A DNA stretch of 64,000 bases from Eledone cirrhosa (Eukaryota), in assembly GCA_964016885.1 (NCBI GenBank), contig OZ024742.1:272552001-272616000 (forward strand). The letters are read 5' to 3'. A model generated the notes under the pieces. That model had not been told where the DNA came from, did no database searches, and saw only the letters and a program-made list of their open reading frames with translations. Shown piece by piece: positions 55,488 to 64,000 of the stretch. Position numbers and translations under genes: made by a program. The number at the start of each line of letters is the position of its first letter. The stretch's first letter is position 1.

Positions 55488-55997
55488 CAAATAACGAGAC
55501 GAAATTAAATTTTGTTTCGTTTGTAACTCACTTTTGTATGACTGACGCTTAAACAATTAAGTTAAAGATGTACATCCATATATGTATACTGAAATACTAG
55601 TATGTATATGAATACACACACGTATACATATGTAGATGTACCAAGTTTTTTCACTGGTCACTTTACTGTGAGTGGCCAGCTATTCTGTATGTAAACACAC
55701 AGACAAACCGGTTTTTAGAGTCATACTGGTTTTTGAGGAAACACCTTTCCTCTATTCTCCAGAAAGCCAGACAAGGAATATTGAACTAGTTTCGTTGTTG
55801 TTACAACTCATCAGCAATATTTACCTATCTTCCGGCCTCTCTAGAGAATCGTAAAAGCACATATCGTTATATGCTTTTTCTATGAAAATTAGTAGTGGGC
55901 AGACTAATTTGCATAGAGTGTGAGTAAGTACCGGTTCAACGGAGACGATAAAAACAAATAACGAAACGAAATTAAATTTTGTTTCGTTTGTAACTCA

Positions 55998-56000
<3 letters not shown>
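55481..56000. repeat. ~53-bp direct repeats bounding a ~520-bp unit in (TA)n
   Basis: 55481-55533 and 55948-56000. Confidence 0.85.
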
Positions 56001-56092
<92 letters not shown>

Positions 56093-56094
<2 letters not shown>

Positions 56095-56300
56095 CGAAGG
56101 AAATGTGGTAATGAGCCAAGTGGACCATAACGCACCAAAGTACTCAATACTTAGGGTAGTAGACTGGGTAATAGGAACGAGTAGGACTCCGACGGCTGAG
56201 CTATAGTCGTTTCGACGGTTAATTCTGGCCTAAATGCCACTTAGTCCAGAATTAGCCGTCGAAACGGCTTGAGCTCAGCCGTCGGGGTCCTACTCGTTCT
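56093..56300. mobile_element. Hairpin mini-element, family J copy 2
   Basis: Same ends as 41288-41481 with a longer central stem-loop. Confidence 0.85.
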
Positions 56301-56329
56301 TATATATATATATATATATATATATATAC

Positions 56330-56925
56330 GTTTATTTTAAATATATATATATATGTCAATCAATTTCTAGTTGATAGAAAATGCTCGGATCTATTCATTG
56401 GAAACTTTGAGCTTACTCTACAGTGGGTATGGCGCATGTCTCGGACATGACTCCTTTAATTTTATTTAATTAAATTTATTTCGGGTATATAAAGGGCTCC
56501 TTATCTGTAGAGCTAAATCGGGTGAAAGGACTTGGCTGCTATTTATAGCTGTCGACCACCCTATTCACGCTAATGGGAGGACGCTAGCATGTTGTTAGTA
56601 GTTTCAGAATTGCAGCACGTGCGACGGGTCACTCGCAGGTTTGCATTTGATGCGTAAACACAGACAGTTATTTCTTCCTCCTTGCTGATGATCTAAGATT
56701 TAACTACTGTGACTTTACGGATTTTTAGTGAAATATATTTCTTTAATGAAATATATACAAGGAGGATTAATCATTTTTTTAAAGGTAATATTTGAAGATC
56801 TAGTTAAACTTTAATTAGTTACCTACCTTGCTGTGTGTGATTACACACTTTACAAATTATCCCCTGTGATTATTTCATGTGTTTATTTTAAATATATATA
56901 TATGTCAATCAATTTCTAGTTGATA
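56330..56925. repeat. ~46-bp direct repeats bounding a ~600-bp unit
   Basis: gtttattttaa(at)n-gtcaatcaatttctagttgata at 56330-56376 and 56881-56925. Confidence 0.85.
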
Positions 56926-58059
56926 TATATGTATATATAAATATATTTGTACAATTATAAATCAGATGAATACACCAATTTCACAATTGACGGACTGATA
57001 TTTATTATGTAAATGACATGTGTTTTGATAATATGGATGGGAGCATATCTAGGACCGCTAATCCGATGTATAATTTCGGTTAAATCAAATTCCATTATTT
57101 TGCTACAACAGTTTACATATCAGCGTATCGAAGACTTACAATAGTTTTATTCACAGAGGGAAATGTTTATATGTAAAGCGATAAGGCATGTCGTTAAAGA
57201 GAAACATAGGTTATACAAAGTTATAAAAGTGTCGAAATATCATCAATTATACTGAGAGACTTAGGGAGATATGTAAAACTATGGAGGAGCTCTTCAGCAA
57301 TTATAAGTCTATCATTATCTTTGATAATAACATCATTATTTTTATTATGTCACCCCTCATGAGGCGGTGCTAACACACTTAGTAGAAGTGCCTGTTTATT
57401 TGTTCTTTGGCCATTGGTCAAAGTCTGGCCACTTCAACAGAGTTTTAAAGAATTCTTTATCGGGCATTTTAAGTACGTTGTAATAAATCATTTTGTCAGA
57501 TTAATGGTTCTATTGATAAAACTTGACTGTGCTGAGTATTCTCTGGCGGCATTAATATAGTGATAATCGGATGGAATTGAGGTCAAACCCTAAATGGTCT
57601 GGTTGCCAGATCGGTTTCCATGTTAGTTCTGTTTATAATAAGAGCAAGTTTTAAAATGTTTATGTCTAAAATTTAGTAATTATATAGTACCATTCCAGTA
57701 TACAAATATTGAAATTGCTTGAATCTTGCATGTACTCGTCAGCAAATCCTATGACAAAGGATGATTTCTCCTATCTAGTTTCTTTTCCCTCCAGTTCCCA
57801 TATTTTGTTGGCTAAAGTTGCAGAATTCATAAGTTTATGGTTTAAAAGAATGTGCATAGACATACTAACGTTTCTTAAATACATTCGAAGGAACCCATAT
57901 ATATATTACTTGTTTGTTTTTTACTGGATTCACATTGGTATACTATTTTTCTGCGCATACATATATACTGTATGGGGCAGTTTTCAGATTACGAACAATT
58001 ACATCTTATCTCTATTATTATTTGTGTTGCTATGTGGTAGGTATGCGACTACGTAGTGA

Positions 58060-58558
58060 AAGATATAATCCCCTACTAGTTTTTGCCACATTTGGACCGA
58101 TTATACGTGCCGGTTGAGAACATCTCTTTAATATCCTGTTCACTACCACAAATGCTTAAGCGTCTCATATTCAATTTAGTTATATAACCATCCATGTTCA
58201 TAGAAGTTGAGTACTATAAAATATTAGTATTTCTGATTAGTATCTTATGGTATCAGTGTGACAGCAGGAAATGCTTCAACACTGGGTTATACCGCATGTA
58301 TGTTCTACTTCTAGTTTCTTTTCCACGATGTCATATAATTAGGGATTTTCCGGGGGATTAAGGGAAATCGTAGCTTCTTGCTCTTCTCCATTATTGGTAT
58401 TTCGCCTTGGATGAGAGTATTTATACATTGAGAATATGGTTTGCGTCTAGTACGGTGGTGTTTAAGATATCCACCTCACTTGTATATTACCGAAACATAT
58501 GTCAGTTACATAATATATATATCCAAATGTGGCAAAAACTAGTAGGGGATTATATTTA
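58060..58558. repeat. ~37-bp inverted repeat pair
   Basis: atataatcccctactagtttttgccacatttgga versus tccaaatgtggcaaaaactagtaggggattatat. Confidence 0.85.
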
Positions 58559-59006
58559 TCCGTCAATTGCGAAACTAGTGTATTCATGTGATGTACTAAT
58601 CTTTATTTAAATACTCCAAGCATCACCTTAATTGTACTTGCAGTTGATCACCATGGAAACACTACGAAATGCGAGTCATATGTTGAGTCAAAAACCGCTG
58701 TATGTTGACACGCTACTGGATTTCAAATTACACAAATTCAAATAACTGAAACCGATTACTACAATAATCACTCTCACCCTCCCTCTCTCTCTTTCTCACA
58801 CTGTCTCAATATGTATCTCTCTCTCTCTCTCACCCTGTATATATATATATATACGTTGGTAAAAATTAATAACCGTTATTTAGCGTAAACAGAATATCAT
58901 ATATCTAACATATATGAGCTATCACTGGTTTCGGAGTCCAGTCATGACCACCACTGTATGATGGAGGAGGGAACTTTTAACTATGATATACATTCAGGCA
59001 TATGAT

Positions 59007-59123
<117 letters not shown>

Positions 59124-59139
59124 GGTTTTAATATAGATG

Positions 59140-59190
59140 AGATTCTACAGGACTAGAACTGTTTCATTCTTCAGAAATCATCAGGAATCT
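59140..59190 (-). ncRNA. Type I HHR (family I)
   Basis: AGATTC-CTGATGA-tTTC tgaa GAAt-GAAA-CAG ttctagtc CTG-TA-GAATCT; GUA cleavage triplet. Confidence 0.85.
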
Positions 59191-59619
59191 GGGTATCAAA
59201 GAATAATTATGGTATATATAGGTCTCTACAAGTGGTAGGAGAGGGTGGGGAGTGGGATGGGTGTAGGTCATTGGTTGACAGAATTCATTAGAAGCTAATT
59301 CAACAAAGCTATAGTTTATTTTTATTTTTAGAGTACCAAAGGCAGGAAGAATTCTATAAACAGGTTCAGGATGGCATGCCAATCCTTATTAAGTTAACAG
59401 GTGTCTATAAGGATTGCTTAATAAGGATTGGCATGCCATCCTGAACCTGTTTATAGAAGTCTTCTTGCCTTTGTTACTTTAAAAATAAAAATAAACTATA
59501 GCCATGTTGAATTAGCTTCTAATGAATTCTGTCAACCAATGACCTACACCCAACCCACTCCCCACCCTCTTCTACCACTTGTAGAGACCTATATATACCA
59601 TAATTATTTTTTGATACCC

Positions 59620-59670
59620 ATATTCCTGATGATTTCTGAAGAATGAAACAGTTCTAGTCCTGTAGAATCT
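59620..59670 (+). ncRNA. Type I HHR (family I)
   Basis: Inverted partner of 59140-59190 with identical core and stems II and III. Confidence 0.85.
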
Positions 59671-59778
59671 CATCTATATTTAAACCTTTATACTCTGCTA
59701 TGTATTGAGTACCTTACTTACTGTGGTTACCTCCGATTCAACACGGAATAACGTACCTATGTATGTATATATATATAT

Positions 59779-59920
59779 GAAAAAGTATGACCCCGTCTAT
59801 ACGGCTTGAGCTCTACCGTCGGCGTCATACTTGTTCCTATTTCCCACTCTACTACACTAAGTATTGAGTACTCTGGTGCGTTATGGTCCATCTGGTTCCT
59901 TACAACAATTCCTTTGTTAT
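59779..59920. mobile_element. Family J copy 3, reversed, hairpin centre deleted
   Basis: acggcttgagctctaccgtcgg..gtattgagta..ggtgcgttatggtcca is the reverse complement of the J long arm. Confidence 0.75.
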
Positions 59921-59947
59921 ATATATATATATATAATATGTATATAT

Positions 59948-62316
59948 ATTAGAAAGTGAGGTTTTTTTTACAAAATGAGGTGTCCTACACCAGTGAAAGT
60001 ATAAGGAAAACAGATGAAATCGAAAATGTAACTGGAGTCTTTTTTTCTTTTTATATATTTATTTGCTTCCTTTACGGGTTTTGCAGAACTTCTGCTTTTC
60101 AAAAGTACAATTGAGATGGATGGTTTTTGGTTTTTCTCACATCTGGTTGGTCTTTGAATGTTATTTCTGTCTCATATGGAAAAAAGTCACTCGAAATGCT
60201 AGGTTATCAGAGAAGTAATTTGGTTGGTGAATAAGTATAATAAATTTCGCGCCAGTTCGCGTTACAAAGTTCTTATTATATTTGCCTTTAAAGAAGGGGG
60301 TGTCAGGTTGTTTTTTCATATATGAGTGAAGTTTAGTTGGTTGATGCAGTACATCAGCTTTCGCGCCAGTTTGTGTTTTAATTTCTTTTTACTCTAAAAA
60401 AATGTGGCTCACGAAGGCTTTTTTTTAAATCTGTTAGACACGAAGTGACTAACAACAGAATGTTTTAAGTCTGCATGTCTGACATATATGCGTAGCTTGT
60501 GAATAAAAAATTCGCGCATTTTTCAGGTCTAGTAAATGAAATTATGGCTGTCACTTGAACAAGTACATTAAATTTCGCGCCTGAATTTGGGAATTTATTT
60601 TATAGCCTTTTAGAAAATGATGTACCAAACAAAATATAATGGTCAAGAAACAACGGGATGGGGAGAATTGTTGTGGTTCAGTGAGTATGGCCGGTGTGCT
60701 GGGGCGTCAGATTTCAGACTTTCTATTGAAATAAAGAAAGTAGAGATATGTATGTTCATTTGTGTGCTTGTGTGTGTGTGTGTAGGAAGATGATTGTATT
60801 AGTATAAATGGAGAAGCGAGTTGTGTGTGTGTGTGGGTGTTATGTGTGTGTGTATGAGTGTTATGTGTGTGTATGTGTTTGTGGAAGTATGGTTAGCATG
60901 TTAAGATGGAGAGAATATATATATATTTGTGTGTGTGTGTTGTGTGTGTGTGTGTGTTTAGGAAAATGATTCCGTTAGTAGAAATGGCGGAGAGAGTTAT
61001 GTATGTGTGTGTGAGAAGTGTGGTTAGCATGTTAAAGTGTTAGAGTATGTTAAGGTTTATTTAGTTCTCTGTTTTTACTTTCTAAAGTAGGTGTGATGTG
61101 TGTATGCATGTGTCTGTTTGGATGTTTAGCATGTTATGGTGATGACATAATATATCTTAAACTATATTTAATGCTGGTCTATATTTTTGAATACACATAT
61201 TTTCCTTATTTATTCGTATTTGTTCTGTTGTATTGTCAGCGCAAAGATAAAATGGGAAGACTTGGAATGTGGGTGTTTTATTTCTTTGCGCATATGTCTA
61301 GATATGCACTTAGTGGTATCTGTCTCGTGGTTGGATCTCGTAATCGTTGGCGATAAACTGTCATTCTTTTTCTGAGTGTGAGTTTAGTTTGTCCTATATA
61401 ATCTTTATTGCATCCTTTACATTTAATGGCATGAATTAGAATTGTATGAGCAAATGATGTGATTTTTTACAGGAAAATGTTGTCCTGATGGAAATGTATA
61501 CGTGTTGCCTTCAATAAGGTGAGTACAGGTTCCACAATTAGAGCGACCACATTTTTTGACAGTTGGTTGTGGGCTTGTGGTAGGTAATTTGGTATTTGGT
61601 GAGTAATGTTTTTAGTGATTTCGGTTGTCGTTTGCTTTTGATTATTTTGTGTATTTCAAGGGCTTTTTTCATTCTTGAGTCTTGTTGCAATAGCGGGCTG
61701 TTCTTGTGAATAGTGTTGTAAGCTTCCGCATTTCTTGGGTTTTGTGTTGAGATATATGATAGCAAATTGGACATAGCTTGAATTTCTTTCTGTTTTCATA
61801 ATTCATTGAGTTTATTTTTCTAGCCAGAATCCTATTGCTTTTATTCCGTATTAGTGTGGGATCGTTGTGTAGAGATTCACTACATCGAAAGACACAATAA
61901 TAGCGTCGTTGTTGATATGTTGGCGGAGGTGGTTTAAGAGATCCAGATCGTCTCTTACAAGGCTTGGTATGTGTTTGAGAATTGGTTATAGTAGTATGTC
62001 TATAAAGTTGCTTAGTCTGTGTGCATCACATTGTGGGCCCGCTACAATTGGTCTTAATTTAAGGTCAGTGGGGTATTGTGTATTCACGCATGTTGAGGTG
62101 TATTGTTTACAGATTTGAGAAAAACCATTAACCCTCCATCTCATTTCTACTTTTTAAAAGCAGAAGAACTGCAAAACGGGTAAAGGAACCAGACAAATAT
62201 ATATTTAAAAAAAAAGACTAGTTGCATTTTCGATTTCGTCTTTTTTCCTTATACGTTCACTCGGGTAGGACACCTTGTTTTTTTTTTCATTTTGTAAAAG
62301 AAACTTACTTTCTAAT
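59948..62316 (-). mobile_element. Internally deleted PLE with inverted tails
   Basis: Minus strand RPIVAGP..RLSNFID..VRDDLD..SFDVVNLYTTIPH, then ISTQNPRN..SKRQPKSLKTLLT. Arms 59948-60125 and 62135-62316. Confidence 0.8.
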
Positions 62317-62393
62317 ACATACCCACCACACGAAGACCGAAAATTCCACAAATGTTCAACAAAACGACAACTCACTGAACCAGGACATCTTAA

Positions 62394-62439
<46 letters not shown>

Positions 62440-62443
<4 letters not shown>

Positions 62444-64000
62444 GTTTGTATATGTATAATAAAGCCAAAACAATGCAGGTATGAACATAGAATAAAGAAT
62501 GCAAATGCAAAAGATATTGTTGACAATTAGTCTTTTACCTTAGATTTATTAAAATGTCCTTAATTTTCGAGATAATATCTCTTCTTCGGAGGGAAGTAAA
62601 GCGGTTAACCCAGTGTTCTAAATAGCTTGCCAAGTCATGCTGACAGAAAATGGTATAGAGTATCTGTTCTATCTCTAATGTCAAAGAGTTAAGGTTAGGT
62701 GGATAAAGAGTAGACTCCCTTTAAAAGGGTTTTTTGTACATGCCTGTTTAAGTGTGTGGGATAATGCATGAAGGTGTATGTGAGTGTGTGTGAGTGTGAG
62801 AAGATATATCTATAAGTAAATGTGGGGGATAGATGTTATCTCGTGTTAGAACTGGTCTTTGTGTGTGTATGTGTGTGTGCATGCGTGTGTGTGTGCGTGA
62901 GTGTGTGCGTGTGTGTGTGTGGGGTGTGTGTAAATATGGGGCTAGATCCTCTATCAAGTTATAAATTGGGTGTTGAGTTCTAGTCTATTATTGATTGGTG
63001 GTTTTGTTTTGTTTATAATTAGTGCTTCCTTAATTCTAAGATTGCCGAGGTTTCTTTCCTTAGTTTCTATCGTAACTGTTATGGTTTTGTCGGTGTTTTT
63101 GCATTTAACTAGGTGTTTCTTAAATGAGGAAGCGTTAGTTTTGAGGTGTTCTCTTATTCTTATGTGGAGTGGTCTGGTGGTGCTACCTACGTAGAAGTTG
63201 CTGCATTTGTCACACTCTATTCTGTATACGACGTAAGCCTGCTGGCTTAGGTCTGTGTCGTTGATGGGGCAGTTGGCTAGCCTGCAGCAGTTGTCATGTC
63301 TGGTGGAGTGTATTTTGGTTAGCTGTCCGCGTAGAGAAGGACCTGAGTAGGCCAGTTGGATATCTAGTCCCTCTCGTCTGATAGCTCTGCGGATGGTTGT
63401 TGTTGTTTCGTCACTGAAGTGTGGGAGCTTCAGGAAACATGTGTTAGTGCCTCGGGTGTGGTGTCCTCTGTTCTTTCTGGCACGGTTTGTGGTGGATGTC
63501 GTGTATCCGTTCAGTTTGAGTACTTCCAGGAAATGTGTGGTGTGTGTGTCTCAGTGTCTAGCGTCGGTGCAATTGTTCCGGATACGTGTAGTCATCCGCG
63601 GTCATCGGGGTATTCCATTCTGAACATTATACTGGATTCCATGCTGGAGAATGTTGTGTATATTTTATCTGCCTCCTCACGGGATGATGTAAGGATGAGT
63701 ATGTCATCTACATATCGGGTTAAGAAGGAATGGGAATGGTAGCTGTTGAGGGCTCGGCATTCTAGCTGGTTCATAGAGGTGATGGCCAGCAGGCTCGATA
63801 GGCTGGATCCCATGGGTAATCCTGTTGTCTGTCTGTATGTGTGGTGGTAGAAGGTAAAGTACGTGTTGTCTACTGTGAAGGACAAAAGCTGGGGTATGTC
63901 CGTGGGATGGAGGCCGTAGCAGTGGATGTCCTCTGCGACCACGCAGTCCGTCAATAAATCGACAGCTGTATGAGCGGGGACTTTAGTGTAGAGAGAGACA
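62440..64000 (-). mobile_element. PLE family E (RT plus GIY-YIG), runs off the window
   Basis: RQTTGLPMGSSLS, TRYVDDILI; 3' part homologous to 21601-22640. Confidence 0.92.
62558..62592 (-). ncRNA. Minimal HHR-like motif, core CCGAAGA
   Basis: CCT-CCGAAGA-a-GAGAT att ATCTC-GAAA-AT-TA-AGG. Confidence 0.65.

Noticed and set aside
57330-57900. Possible CR1/L2 LINE 3' remnant on the minus strand
   Set aside because: Too decayed to support by eye.
59164-59646. Twin 72-aa ORFs on opposite strands
   Set aside because: A by-product of the inverted repeat, starting at non-ATG codons.
62155-62190. CAGAAGA motif in an inverted tail
   Set aside because: Followed by TAAA rather than GAAA, with no consistent stems I and III.

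Overview
Eukaryotic, AT-rich, (TA)n-dense DNA with no supportable host gene. The tRNA-derived SINE family suggests a cephalopod/mollusc source (inference). It holds two decayed Helitrons, a complete Gypsy LTR retrotransposon (33323-39262; 497-bp LTRs, GATC TSD, tRNA-Trp PBS, -1 frameshift signal), an R4/Dong-type non-LTR element, mariner and RTE fragments, nine SINE copies and many Penelope-like element (PLE) pieces. The signal the ORF track misses is RNA-level. About 20 type I hammerhead ribozyme (HHR) motifs from about 9 sequence families can be folded by eye, including core variants CAGAAGA, CCGAAGA and UUGAUAA. Many sit as opposite-strand pairs in foldback elements beside (TA)n, and some of these elements are non-coding and recur with the same boundaries. 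One HHR is split by the Gypsy insertion. All folds, counts and coordinates were read by eye and are approximate; no activity is demonstrated.
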